The notes: a model not told the origin generated them from the letters alone. 64,000 nt of DNA from Mytilus edulis (GCF_963676685.1 NC_092351.1:31000001-31064000); one strand, 5' to 3'; shown: positions 48,410 through 60,205, numbered from the stretch's first letter. Made by a program: numbers and translations.

Positions 48410-51063
48410 CATGTAAAAAGTTTAAAAGAAGTCTTTCTTCATAGCGGTTTTCGAAATAATAGGCAAAAATTGCATTTAACCGCTATGATTTCGTTTAAGT
48501 CATGTCAGCTAGCTTCATTGGCAGGCAGGCTCGACAAATATAAAAAATAATCTATACCTTTATAATGAAGAAAAGGCAACAGTAGTAAATCGCTGTTCAA
48601 AAGTCAAGTCGATTGAGAGAAAACAAATCCTTGTAACAAACTAAAACCGAGTGAAACACATCAACTATAAAAGGATTATATGTCCAAGTTTAGTTAAATT
48701 TGGTCAAGTAAGAAGATAATATTTTTAAATGTTAACGCACGACGAAAGCTAAGTGACAATTAAAAGTCACTTGGCCTTTCGACCAGGTGAACTAAAAAAC
48801 CCAATAAACAACTTATAAAAAGTAATATTTATTAAAATAAAAGAAAAGCTTAGTTTATTTCCATAACATTAACATAAAGCTATTAAAACACATTCTTTAC
48901 AAAAGGCTGTATAGTATCAAGATATAATGATGGATGAACAATTTTGATTTCTTAAACATGCAAAAGTAAAATAAAAAAAATACTGAACTCCGTGGAAATT
49001 TCAAAACGGAAATCCCCATTAAATACCAGAGAAAACACTTATTTATCTTGTACTTTCTGCCAAAATGAATCAAATGTATTGATCAGTTCAAAAGGGGTTA
49101 TTCTAAAAACAGCACACAACATTTTTTTTGTATTTTTGTTAAAGGGTAAGAGCTAATGTTTTGTCAAAATTTTATGGAGAGAAAACGAGTCAATTTTATT
49201 TAGTCAAGGTGTTTAGTATCTCCTTAACATGCTTAAGAAGACAAAAATATAACAAACTGCAATTTTACAGTTAACATAGTCAGTTTATAAACGTTCGGGT
49301 TATTGTCTCATGAGCATGTTTTTTTTATTTTTTTTATTTAGTTTTGAGTAAATGAGTATAACATTTAAAGTAAGTAAGTTAAAACTTATATTAATAAATA
49401 TTTTCATATCAAAATGTGATATATTTAAGTATTAAATATACAATGAATTTAAAAGGCATTAACATTTGTATTTATATACATTGTAAAATAATATTTGATT
49501 GAAATGTAACAGTTACACACAAAACAATGTTAACCGTATATTTCGGTATTGATTGACTGCAAGACCAGCATTCATTCTTTCAACCTCTAAAACTGTTTGC
49601 AAATACAGTATCACATCGCATAATGTCATGTTTACGGACACTGCACAACACGTGTAGTTTCCGTAACAATATATTTTTTGTACTCACTTGATTTTTATAA
49701 AAAATGCCAAATCTACAGAGAAAAATATTTTTTTTTAACTGTGGCTATTTTAACTACCAGGAAATAATACAAATTTTGAAGAAAAAAAAATTTTCTACTT
49801 CGAAATTTATGAATATCTTATATCAATCATATTATCAAATTAACTATAAAATTATATTTTAGAATTGCTACATTTGCGTATGATCTTTAATACATTTATG
49901 AGGGAAAAACTTGCACTACACTTCAAAAGTCCATAAAAAATCAGCACTACGCTTACAAATCCACATCTCACATGTAAGAGTTCACTACTCTTTGACTCTC
50001 TTTGTCAGATATTTGGAAGCCTCTAGTTTTATCCATGTAGTGCCAATAAAATATTTTGCCCGCTTTACCCTACTTTTCTTTTCCTCATTTGATAAAATAA
50101 AAATTATGAAGTTGGTTTTGAAAATCTTATAAAATACTGGTGATTATATTATAGTTTTTCAAAGTAACAGTTCCAACTTTTCAATGTTTGAAAAATCTAG
50201 AGAGATTCATTTTCCGCCAGATTTTAAATTGCTTATAATAATACCAAAATCAACGAAACTGACCCTTCTTTTGTGTTTTTTTCATACACTACCAATTTAT
50301 AACAGTCTTTTAAAACGCCCGTTATTTTGAAACAAAGAAGCAAACATCCCTAAATTGATAACTTAGCTCTAAAAAATAAATATGTTTTGCGGAACCCTGT
50401 GCCTCCTCTAGTATAACTGTAGTCAGAGTAAAAGAAAAATGTTGACATAAAAAAGTGAGTCCGTTTATCATTAAAATACAGAATAAAAAAAAATGTTTGG
50501 GTGCAATTCTCTCTTTCCAAAAATACTGGAAATGATTTTTTTTTATTTTACTTTAGAAATTTATTTTCTTATAATAAACAAGTATTTGCTGTAGCTTCAT
50601 AAAATTCTGTGAATGTTGAACGAAGTAATTGGTGTTTAAAAAATCTATAACCAAAGACTCGGCATAAATATTGACGTAACCGATGCCGACTACATGATCG
50701 ACAATCGCTATGTCTCACTTTTGTGACACTAATGTCGCTGGCTCGACTAAAATAGTATCAATTTAAATATGTATCGATTAATACTTAAATACGTAATACT
50801 AGATATACAAATTATAATCATTTTTCACGTTATAATGTACGTAAATTGTCCTGTCCAATGTTGTTAATGGGAAAGGACGCTATTTGGATTACTTATCTCT
50901 CTCAGTCTCCTTAACTGTTTACGTCAAGTACATGATTACCTACAATGTATTCAAAACCAATTTTTACTTGTTATTCGTTTCATACTTTATGAAGCAATAC
51001 TGATATGCGAATTATAAGTTTACCACGCATTGTTCACAGATTTGATTTCATTCAGTTTTTTTG

Positions 51064-54000
51064 TTATAAACTGTTTTTCGCATCCTCAGCTGTTACATCA
51101 TTCCAGTTTTCTGGCAATTCTGGTACTTTTGTGTTGCTTTTTTTCGAAATTTCATTTTTAAATGTTTTGAAATACCACATCCAGTATTTAGAAGGCTTAT
51201 AAATTGGCGTAATCTCCCAATCTGGAAACTTTGTTCTGTAATGTTTGTATTTATGGGTTTTGTTTGAGTCTGATAATATAAAATCCTTTCGACTTTGATG
51301 AATTAAATGGTTACATATATCAGTAACTAGCTCCCCACTGCCATTCTCCCATGCATATTCACCTACGCCTTGTGGACGATGTTGTTTACAACTGTGCTTT
51401 AATGAATCTAAGTGATTGTCATTGTATTCACAGGGTTCGCTACAAAAAGGACAGGTAGCACAACACCCCCAAAGTCTTTCAAATATAGAAGTGTATGGCT
51501 CTTTTTTCCATCGAATAGTTTCTTGTGTGGTATCAGTCACTATTTTCAATAGGCTTACTTTTGTTGAAGAAATCTCCTTAAGAACAGTTCTTCTAAAGTT
51601 TTCAATATCAGTAACATTTCTTTTCCCCACGTGTTTAAGTTTTTCCTTTGTAATCGGCAATAATTTTGAACTTGTAATGAACTCTTCAATCCACGCAGAT
51701 ATCCGATCACCGAACTTTCCTTTTATTTTATCAGTTGCGTTGTTTACAGAACTTATCACGTCCTCTATTGCGTTATCTACAATGAATTTACTTAATAATT
51801 TATAGTTCATGACTTTTTGCCCGTCCCTTTCAAATAAACATTTGTTTGTGTAGTTGAGAAGCCAAATTTCAACAAAAGAAGCAGGAGAAGTAATGTACAC
51901 ACTAAAATGGTCAAAACTGTTCTTGTCGATCAGATCTTTCATCACCGATTTAATTAAATTATATTTTGAATATTCAAATGATTTCCAAATTTCGGCCTCC
52001 ACTTTACTAGGTAAAATCTCGTATATTTGCTCCAACACACTAGATTTGATTGCCTTCTGAAAAAAATTCCCTGCTATAACGTCTTCAGTTTTCTTTTGAA
52101 CGAGATCCACAAACAATTTCAGGGCTGTTTCTTTATATTCCTCCAGTTTTATTCGTGGATTATGCTTTTGGTCATATTGTCTATTAATGTCTATAAATTC
52201 TTTGGTAGAGTAAGCTGCAATTTTTGTCAGTATCATGGCTTTATATTGTGCTTTTAATCGGAATTGATGATCATTGTCTTTATGGTCATTATGCTGAGTA
52301 ATTTCTGACTCAACCATTTTCATTATGTCACTCATAAAGACTACATTGAATTCCACGTCTTTAAAACGTAGCTTTTTCAAATAGGTCTCAATCTTTAAAA
52401 ATAACTTGTCAGTAAAATCCACAGTTTGATTGATGCATACCGCAGGCTTTTCTAAATTCATGCATCCTGTCAGCAAACTCTTCTTAATACTTATATGACT
52501 GTCCAAATGTATATCATTAAATACAACAAGACCATACAAGTTTGACATTTGTATGCAATCGTTAATTGTGAGATCTTCTAATTCTTTGTAAAAATTACCG
52601 TGTCCATAAATATTATTTCGAACTAATCTTTTTATTTCATCAAAAACCTCATCAGGCTCTTTGGCAGCATCTACTGGTGTCGTAGAGCATTTGGCAATCC
52701 ACGATAACCATCCTTCATCAAATCGAGCATGCAATATATTTTCAGAGACTGCAGTTTCATTGCTATCATTGAACTCTTCAGCTAGTGTAGTGGCATAGCT
52801 GTTTATTTCATCCTCGCATTTTTGTATTGCCTTTTCACATTCGGTGAATTGTTTTATCTCATTTTGAATCAACTCTATTTCCCTGCCTGACCTATCAGAA
52901 AGCGGTTTCATGGATGTCTGCAGCTTCAAGGAATATCCTTGTTTCCATTTCAACATTATATTCTTCAATGTATGTCTTTCAATGAATTCATCAAATTCGT
53001 TTTCTGCTTTTTCGAATTCATTGGTAAGAAATTCAGGTAAATTGTTTCGCACAGTCGCTATCAACCCGTCAAATTCTGATTCGCTTTTACATTTGAGAAG
53101 AAAACATCTCTTTTCCCGAACAAAGTTGTACAATTTCGATTCTAATCCCCAGTACAATTCTTGGTAATATTTATCTAATTTAGTAAATGCTTTAGCTTCA
53201 AGGTTATTTTTAAAGCTAAAAGCAAAATCCTCCGTTAGAATTCCATTCCAAATGTCTTCTATTTTTGATGCGGTGTCTTTGAGTGAAAAGTACGCTTGGC
53301 GCTTTCGTGCTATGTCATATATAATTGTCTCCCTAATCGTTGTTATATGTGCGCTGTAAGATGGACTAATCCGTGTAACTGGCTGTTCACCAGTAGAAAA
53401 ATTAGGCAAATACCACACGTACTTCTTATCAAAATCAATAACCTGATTAAAATAATTTATATCGGAGATATCGAGTTGATCTGCTGCTTCCGCTGTCATT
53501 TCATCTAGAGTGTTTATCATGTGTTGTATATTGTATTCCAAAGCACTATCGATGCCTCCTTCAGTCTTCACATTCTGGTGTATAAAAACACATGACTGTT
53601 TTAAGTTTAAACTATCACTCGCTGTTTTCATTTTCAAAAGTGCATGAACTACCATTTGCAGTACTTCTTTCATTTCGCCCTGTGATTCACCGTTAATGTT
53701 AACAATATTTATATCCGCTATGCCCATGATAAATGTTGCAAATTCGTTGTCATGCTGGTAGTTCTCGTGACCTAGTTCTGGTGCTCGCAGACCTTCAGTA
53801 TCAATAACTATAATGAATTCAAAATCAAGTTTTTCGTCATGGACAGGTATCAGCTGCATAAATGCTCCTTTTGTAACTCTTCCATGTCCAACAGGAAACT
53901 GGAGTCCAAACATGGTGTTTAGTAATGTCGACTTTCCTGAACTCTGTATTCCTACTACTGATACAACTAAACATTTCCTGTCGCAAATTAATTCTGCTAC

Positions 54001-57000
54001 CTCGTTCAAAACTGCTTTAACCCATACAATTGGTACATGTATAAGATCGCCATTCATCACTTCAAATTGTACTCCTCCTAAAAGAAGTTTAGCTGGTATG
54101 CAAGGGAAGTGTTTCACTAGATTCTTGGTTTCAACAGAGACTCGTGATTCTTGGTCTGCAGTTGCTTCATAAACTTGTCCCATTTCCCGAATAAAATGCT
54201 CAAATCCCAATTGTCCTGCAAGAAAGTCTAATTCATCATTGTGTACATTCGCCTTAAAAGCTTCAACTTCATTTGAATTACTCTGTTTTGCAGCCTTTAA
54301 CTTTTCTATACTTTTTATATATTTAGCATGACAAACAGACATGTTCTCCCGTGTAAGCTTTTCTAGATAAACTTTTAGCCAAAGGGCAAAGTTAATCAAT
54401 TCTTCTTCATCAAATTGAAGGTAATTGAGAACAGTTTCTAAAAATAAATGCATCAAAGGGTGCAGAATAGGTAACCTCTTCACTTGTTCCATTCGCAAAG
54501 ATGAAATTGCTTGCTTTATTTCTACTTTGTGCTTTGGGGATTTGTATTCAGAAGGTTTATATAACCTTTTCATATTCTTACTTAACAAATTCAAAATATC
54601 CCCCTGCATTGGAAGTACATCACGTTTGATACTAAAGGTAGTACTAAAACTGTCAAGCAATTCTTTTATTTTCCTCGTAACTCTCTGTCCTCGTTGACTA
54701 AAATCATTTTGCAAAACTATTTTTGATTCTCCTAATATAACTGTCAGACTTTTGGTTGGCACCTTACTAAATAAATCCTGAAATTTGAAATCAATATCAT
54801 TCTTTATATCAGCTGATTTTCTTTCTTGTCCATCCATCGAAATTAATCCAAATTTGGTCTTCTTATGGTCAATTGATTTCTCTTTATATTTGTCAGTGAT
54901 TTGTTTAACATTTTCTTTTGATCTCTTTTGTGCATCTATCATCAAAGCAACAGTTGATTTTGATGAATAAAATGTTTGAAGCAATTTCTGTGTTTCGTCA
55001 CTTTCAAGCGATTCGATAGTAATAAAAACCACTACACCGGAAGATAACAGAGATAATATATTTAACTGTTCTTTAAAACAAGTACCATCACCTCGTAAGT
55101 TCAGTATCATTGTTCTTTTCTCACAATTCCTTCCCTTTTCACTTTTCAGATATGGATTAAAAAAGGTAGCCTCAATTAGACCCTCGCCTATTGTTCTTTT
55201 GGAACGCCCAAATGGTGAACAGTAGTTTAAAAACACATCATGATTTTCGTTTGAAATTATATCATTAATGATTTTAGATTTTGAAACCTTTGGACAGCCA
55301 ACTCGGATAAAAGATAAAATGTTGCATGGACAGTCAGCTGCTGGAATTTGTTTGTTTCCCGACGTAGATATGAAAACAGAGTTGAAAAAGCTTACGGACG
55401 GAGCCGTTAAATATTCGTCGGGTAACACTAGTGGTACAGCTAATCTGCATGTATACATTTTTGAAGCAAGCGCCTGCTTTAAAGTCTCTGATGAACATAA
55501 AAACAGCGCGACCATCAAGTCCAAAGCATTCAAATTTTCAAATAAGTTGTCATTTTCATTTAACGTCGAAACATTATCATCTTCTTCAAAATCATCAAAG
55601 ATATCAAAATCATCCGAAGCTTTACGCTTATTTTCGTTTTGGAATTCTTGTACATGTTCCTCTAGAATTTTATATATAGAAGAATGCTGTGTCATTATTT
55701 TCTGTAACAAAAACCACAACAGATTTTGTTTCTTTTTATTAGTTGTTCTTTCATCAATTGTCACAGAATCAAGCACATTAACTGTTGATGGCATCCGCAT
55801 TTCGGTAAGAAAATTCTTAACTTTGTCTTGAACAGTTTTCCGAGATGATTTGGTAATTGGGATATCTCCCTTTTGGCCACTTTCGTTCTGTTTAATGATA
55901 AACTTTGGAAGTGAATACATTTTACGGTTTGTATGTGTTCCATTAATGAACGGTAATAGATCATCTTGAAGCTGAAGCCAGTTGTAGGGAGACTTCTCAG
56001 TATTTACGCCAATGGCCGATTTAATATCGTTTTCTAACACTGGTTCCAATGCATGGACGCATTTGATGAAGATTTTTTCGAATGATTTAGATTTGTTCCT
56101 TGTTATATTTTTCACGATGAAGTCTATAAGACATGCTTGATCTTGGACTTTAGATTTTTTTGGTAAGTTGTTAAATTCATGAATTATTTGTTCTGATTCC
56201 GCAATGAATGTTTTTAAATCTGATTCAGAAAGAAGTTGTGGAAATCCACATGTTTCATCAAAACGTAAGCGTGAGAGAATAGACATAAGAATGACAAATT
56301 CACGAACATTTTTTGATTTGAATTCTATTAATATTCGGTGGCATACAGTTGTCATTTCACTAGTGATGTAAAGTTCAGCTGTTTGTTGGCTCCTATGCCG
56401 TTCCATCGTATCAATGTCTTCTATTTCTGGAAGGAATTTCGTCTTCAACACAGACATAAACGTATTTATATCTTCTATGCTTTCAGTAGATAAGGCACTT
56501 GGCAGATCTTGGAACTTTGCATTCACTTTAGCAATCCATAACATCAACGTTGGTCTGTCTTTCAAGAAAACATACTTCAAATGACTTAATAATAAAGAAA
56601 TTTCGTGTTGCATCTTAGCGCATTGCATTTGATCCTGTAATTCATCAGAAAATGCAACCTGTTCAAAGAAGTGTTGTACCTTAACATTTGATTCTACTAA
56701 ACTTTTGAAAAATCCATCGTCTTTAGTAAGGTCGAATAATCTATCTATTGATTTACAAAGTGTTGGCAAAATGGAACTAAAGTCTGTTAATTCAAACGTG
56801 TCAATGCAGCTTTCAAATATTTCCATGTTCCACGCGCATTGCATAAAATCAGCTAAATCAAATACATTATAAAAGTCAGTTTTATGATTCTTAAGTACTT
56901 CCCAAATCCCAATGAATTCACCTCTTGAAATTAGCGACCAAGTTCCATTTTCTGTAGTCAATCTCTGAACCCATTTTCCATAATCAGTCTCATCATGTGG

Positions 57001-58395
57001 TCCTCCTATGGGATTAATGTTTAGCTGCACTTTTGACAATTCTTCCTCCGTATGATTTTTTACAATACTGCTGTTACCTGAGAGATACTTTCCTGATACA
57101 CCAATGCCAATAGCTGGTCCCGGCCCTGTATAACCCATGCTGGTAAATCCATCCAAGGAATCGTTTACTAATTCCTTTCTGGAATTATTTGAAGATTTAA
57201 TCGAAGAAGTATAAGAAGCTTTCCATTTAAAAACTCCACCAAAGTGCAGTATTCCCATGTTAATGTGACTACCATAATTTTGAAAGAACCTTTTGCATTG
57301 AGACAGACTTTTCATACAGATCGCATTACCCTGTAATCCAGATTCAATGGTTTGTAAGGTTTTAATAGCATTTGATATTAAATGAATATTTTCTATCTTA
57401 AATTCATAAGATTTGACTGGCACGAATGCATATTTTTCTCTTGACTGATAAAATTCTTCTGAACTGGTGGTGTTAGTATCGTCGATGTTCTTCATTGATG
57501 TGAAAGATCCTTGTAATTTCATGCTAAAAATTGGAAACCCAATATGAGCAAATAACCTTGCATTTTTGCCAGTTGTTTGCAAAGACCTCTGAAATGTATC
57601 ACTCTTCTCTCTAGACGAAAATTCAACAAACTGAACTTCCTGTTTCATTGATGGTCCCTGGAATGTTACATCACCGACTAAATCGATGACTATACCCTTC
57701 ATTTCTGTGATTGAATCTATACATTGATTTAAATGGATCCCCCTTAAGGCACAACTACTTGATGAATGACTTAAAACTTCTCTATCAGTTAAATGTGTCG
57801 TTTTTACGTCCCTACTACTGTGTATAGGTTGTAAATTTTTAAGTTTCGTGTCTAAATCCAGATCATGTCGGGAAGTTTTCCAAGATTCACCAGGTTCTAA
57901 TGCTGACGTCAGGGAACTGGCTGTATTATGGAAATCGTCCTTAAAATTATTGTTATCAGGTTGAAACTCATCTGATACTTCTTTTGCAGTTCTCTTCGGA
58001 GCAGCATTGTCGCTCTTGTCTTTTCCAAAATTGTCTTTTATAATTTGTTTCAAAGCTTCATTATCCAAATCATTGCGTATACTTGATTGAAGTTTTTTCA
58101 AATGACTGTCATTAAGATATTTTAGCTGTATGGTATTGGTTAAGCCAAGCTTTCTTTCAAATACTTCTGACCAATACTGATGATCTAGTCCATACTCATC
58201 CTTAAGTCTATTTTGCAACTTCAGTTTGTCAGCTTTCAGTTCGGTTTCTTGACTTGTTTCATGTGTTTTATTGTCATGCAATCCTCCTTTTGAGTGTTTC
58301 GACTCGCTATTTTTGTCATCAACTGCGACAGTCTCTGTGTTTGTGGCTTGTAACATATTTGAGGAAGGGTTTTGGCTGGTTTGTTGTGATGCCAT
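51064..58395 (-). CDS. GVIN1: Interferon-induced very large GTPase 1-like (GVIN/VLIG), 2443 aa, single coding exon
   Basis: VLIG-type GTPase motifs GIQSSGKSTLLNTMFG (G1), DTEGL (G3) and HQNV. GVIN-like N-terminus (YW..KLGL..LKYL) and C-terminal GCCATCPFCSEPC..H..HRPQG. Splice acceptor (ttttcag) 146 nt upstream of the ATG, with the exon starting at 58541. Confidence 0.93.
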   Translation of the reverse strand: MASQQTSQNPSSNMLQATNTETVAVDDKNSESKHSKGGLHDNKTHETSQETELKADKLKLQNRLKDEYGLDHQYWSEVFERKLGLTNTIQLKYLNDSHLKKLQSSIRNDLDNEALKQIIKDNFGKDKSDNAAPKRTAKEVSDEFQPDNNNFKDDFHNTASSLTSALEPGESWKTSRHDLDLDTKLKNLQPIHSSRDVKTTHLTDREVLSHSSSSCALRGIHLNQCIDSITEMKGIVIDLVGDVTFQGPSMKQEVQFVEFSSREKSDTFQRSLQTTGKNARLFAHIGFPIFSMKLQGSFTSMKNIDDTNTTSSEEFYQSREKYAFVPVKSYEFKIENIHLISNAIKTLQTIESGLQGNAICMKSLSQCKRFFQNYGSHINMGILHFGGVFKWKASYTSSIKSSNNSRKELVNDSLDGFTSMGYTGPGPAIGIGVSGKYLSGNSSIVKNHTEEELSKVQLNINPIGGPHDETDYGKWVQRLTTENGTWSLISRGEFIGIWEVLKNHKTDFYNVFDLADFMQCAWNMEIFESCIDTFELTDFSSILPTLCKSIDRLFDLTKDDGFFKSLVESNVKVQHFFEQVAFSDELQDQMQCAKMQHEISLLLSHLKYVFLKDRPTLMLWIAKVNAKFQDLPSALSTESIEDINTFMSVLKTKFLPEIEDIDTMERHRSQQTAELYITSEMTTVCHRILIEFKSKNVREFVILMSILSRLRFDETCGFPQLLSESDLKTFIAESEQIIHEFNNLPKKSKVQDQACLIDFIVKNITRNKSKSFEKIFIKCVHALEPVLENDIKSAIGVNTEKSPYNWLQLQDDLLPFINGTHTNRKMYSLPKFIIKQNESGQKGDIPITKSSRKTVQDKVKNFLTEMRMPSTVNVLDSVTIDERTTNKKKQNLLWFLLQKIMTQHSSIYKILEEHVQEFQNENKRKASDDFDIFDDFEEDDNVSTLNENDNLFENLNALDLMVALFLCSSETLKQALASKMYTCRLAVPLVLPDEYLTAPSVSFFNSVFISTSGNKQIPAADCPCNILSFIRVGCPKVSKSKIINDIISNENHDVFLNYCSPFGRSKRTIGEGLIEATFFNPYLKSEKGRNCEKRTMILNLRGDGTCFKEQLNILSLLSSGVVVFITIESLESDETQKLLQTFYSSKSTVALMIDAQKRSKENVKQITDKYKEKSIDHKKTKFGLISMDGQERKSADIKNDIDFKFQDLFSKVPTKSLTVILGESKIVLQNDFSQRGQRVTRKIKELLDSFSTTFSIKRDVLPMQGDILNLLSKNMKRLYKPSEYKSPKHKVEIKQAISSLRMEQVKRLPILHPLMHLFLETVLNYLQFDEEELINFALWLKVYLEKLTRENMSVCHAKYIKSIEKLKAAKQSNSNEVEAFKANVHNDELDFLAGQLGFEHFIREMGQVYEATADQESRVSVETKNLVKHFPCIPAKLLLGGVQFEVMNGDLIHVPIVWVKAVLNEVAELICDRKCLVVSVVGIQSSGKSTLLNTMFGLQFPVGHGRVTKGAFMQLIPVHDEKLDFEFIIVIDTEGLRAPELGHENYQHDNEFATFIMGIADINIVNINGESQGEMKEVLQMVVHALLKMKTASDSLNLKQSCVFIHQNVKTEGGIDSALEYNIQHMINTLDEMTAEAADQLDISDINYFNQVIDFDKKYVWYLPNFSTGEQPVTRISPSYSAHITTIRETIIYDIARKRQAYFSLKDTASKIEDIWNGILTEDFAFSFKNNLEAKAFTKLDKYYQELYWGLESKLYNFVREKRCFLLKCKSESEFDGLIATVRNNLPEFLTNEFEKAENEFDEFIERHTLKNIMLKWKQGYSLKLQTSMKPLSDRSGREIELIQNEIKQFTECEKAIQKCEDEINSYATTLAEEFNDSNETAVSENILHARFDEGWLSWIAKCSTTPVDAAKEPDEVFDEIKRLVRNNIYGHGNFYKELEDLTINDCIQMSNLYGLVVFNDIHLDSHISIKKSLLTGCMNLEKPAVCINQTVDFTDKLFLKIETYLKKLRFKDVEFNVVFMSDIMKMVESEITQHNDHKDNDHQFRLKAQYKAMILTKIAAYSTKEFIDINRQYDQKHNPRIKLEEYKETALKLFVDLVQKKTEDVIAGNFFQKAIKSSVLEQIYEILPSKVEAEIWKSFEYSKYNLIKSVMKDLIDKNSFDHFSVYITSPASFVEIWLLNYTNKCLFERDGQKVMNYKLLSKFIVDNAIEDVISSVNNATDKIKGKFGDRISAWIEEFITSSKLLPITKEKLKHVGKRNVTDIENFRRTVLKEISSTKVSLLKIVTDTTQETIRWKKEPYTSIFERLWGCCATCPFCSEPCEYNDNHLDSLKHSCKQHRPQGVGEYAWENGSGELVTDICNHLIHQSRKDFILSDSNKTHKYKHYRTKFPDWEITPIYKPSKYWMWYFKTFKNEISKKSNTKVPELPENWNDVTAEDAKNSL

Positions 58396-59074
58396 ATTCA
58401 GGTTTGTGATTTTATTGTTCTATTTAAGTTATATTAAGGTCGATATTGTTATTACGTGGTACAAAATTAATGTCTCCTTGATCTCCATTGTAGTTCCCAT
58501 TATCCATCATCTCTTACTATCTTTCATATCATTTGGGTGCTCTGAAAACAAAAGTTTGAGAAAATCAGGAAAATGACAGCTCAGTAACAATTGATACGAA
58601 AACAACACATTACATGTATATAAATTCTTTTAAATTCTTATAATACGTACATATTTGTAATGTAATTATATACATAAACTCAACATATATACCAGGACTA
58701 AATTTTGTATATATGCCAGACGCGCGTTTCGTCTACAAAAGACTTTTAAGTGACGCCCGAATCCAAAAAAGTTAAAAATGCCAAATAAAGTACGAAGCTG
58801 AAGAGTATTGAGGACCAAAATTCCAAAAAGTTTTGCCAAATACAGTTAAGGTAATCTATGCATGAAGAAGAACAGCCTTAGTATTTCAAAAGTTCTAAAT
58901 TTTCGAACAGTAAATTTATAAATATAACCATATCAATGATAACTCATGTCAGTACAAAAGTGCTGACTACTGGACTGGTGATACCCTCGGGGAAATAAAT
59001 CTCCACCAGCAGTGGCATCGACCCAGTGGTAGTAAATAAACTCATCATAGATACCACGACTAAATTTTGTATAT

Positions 59075-59118
59075 ACGCCAGACGCGCGTTTCGTCTACAA
59101 AAGACTCTTCAGTGACGC
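59075..59118 (-). ncRNA. Type I hammerhead ribozyme (intact CUGAAGA core)
   Basis: GCGUCA-CUGAAGA-GUCU UUUGU AGAC-GAAA-C GCGC G-UC-UGGCGU. Confidence 0.85.
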
Positions 59119-60161
59119 TCGAATCCAAAAAAGATTAAAATGCCAAATAAAGTACGAAGCTGAAGAGTATTGAGGACCAAAATTCCAAAAAGTTTTGCTA
59201 AATACAGCTAAGGTAATCTATGCCTGAGGTAGAACAGCCTTAGTATTTCAAAAATTCTAAGTTTTGTAAACAGTAAATTTATAAATATAACCATATCAAT
59301 GATAACTCATGTCAGTACAAAGGTTCTGACTACTGGGCTGGTGATACCCTCGGGGAAAAAAATCTCCACCAGCAGTGGCATCGACCCAGTGGTAGTAAAT
59401 AAACTCATCATAGATACCAGGACTAAATTTTGTATATATGCCAGACGCGCGTTTCGTCTACAAAAGACTTTTCAGTGACGCCCGAATCCAAAAAAGTAAA
59501 AAATGCCAAATAAAGTACGAAGCTGAAGAGTATTGAGGACCAAAATTCCAAAAAGTTTTGCCAAATACAGTTAAGGTAATCTATGCATGAAGAAGAACAG
59601 CCTTAGTATTTCAAAAGTTCTAAATTTTCGAACAGTAAATTTATAAATATAACCATATCAATGATAACTCATGTCAGTACAAAAGTGCTGACTACTGGAC
59701 TGGTGATACCCTCGGGGAAATAAATCTCCACCAGCAGTGGCATCGACCCAGTGGTAGTAAATAAACTCATCATAGATACCACGACTAAATTTTGTATATA
59801 CCCCAGACGCGCGTTTCGTCTACAAAAGACTCTTCAGTGACGCTCGAATCCAAAAAAGATTAAAATGCCAAATAAAGTACGAAGCTGAAGAGTATTGAGG
59901 ACCAAAATTCCAAAAAGTTTTGCCAAATACAGCTAAGGTAATCTATGCCTGAGGTAGAACAGCCTTAGTATTTCAAAATTCTAAGTTTTGTAAACAGTAA
60001 ATTTATAAATATAACCATATCAATGATAACTCATGTCAGTACAAAGGTTCTGACTACTGGACTGGTGATACCCTCGGGGAAATAAATCTCCACCAGCAGT
60101 GGCATCGACCCAGTGGTAGTAAATAAACTCATCATAGATACCAGGACTAAATTTTGTATAT

Positions 60162-60205
60162 ACGCCAGACGCGCGTTTCGTCTACAAAAGACTCTTCAGT
60201 GACGC
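60162..60205 (-). ncRNA. Type I hammerhead ribozyme (intact CUGAAGA core)
   Basis: Same sequence as 59075-59118. Confidence 0.85.

Noticed and set aside
51416-55964. Multiple 60-190 aa ORFs overlapping GVIN, and similar ones over the glycosidase
   Set aside because: Antisense or alternative-frame shadows of long coding sequence, with no recognisable motifs.
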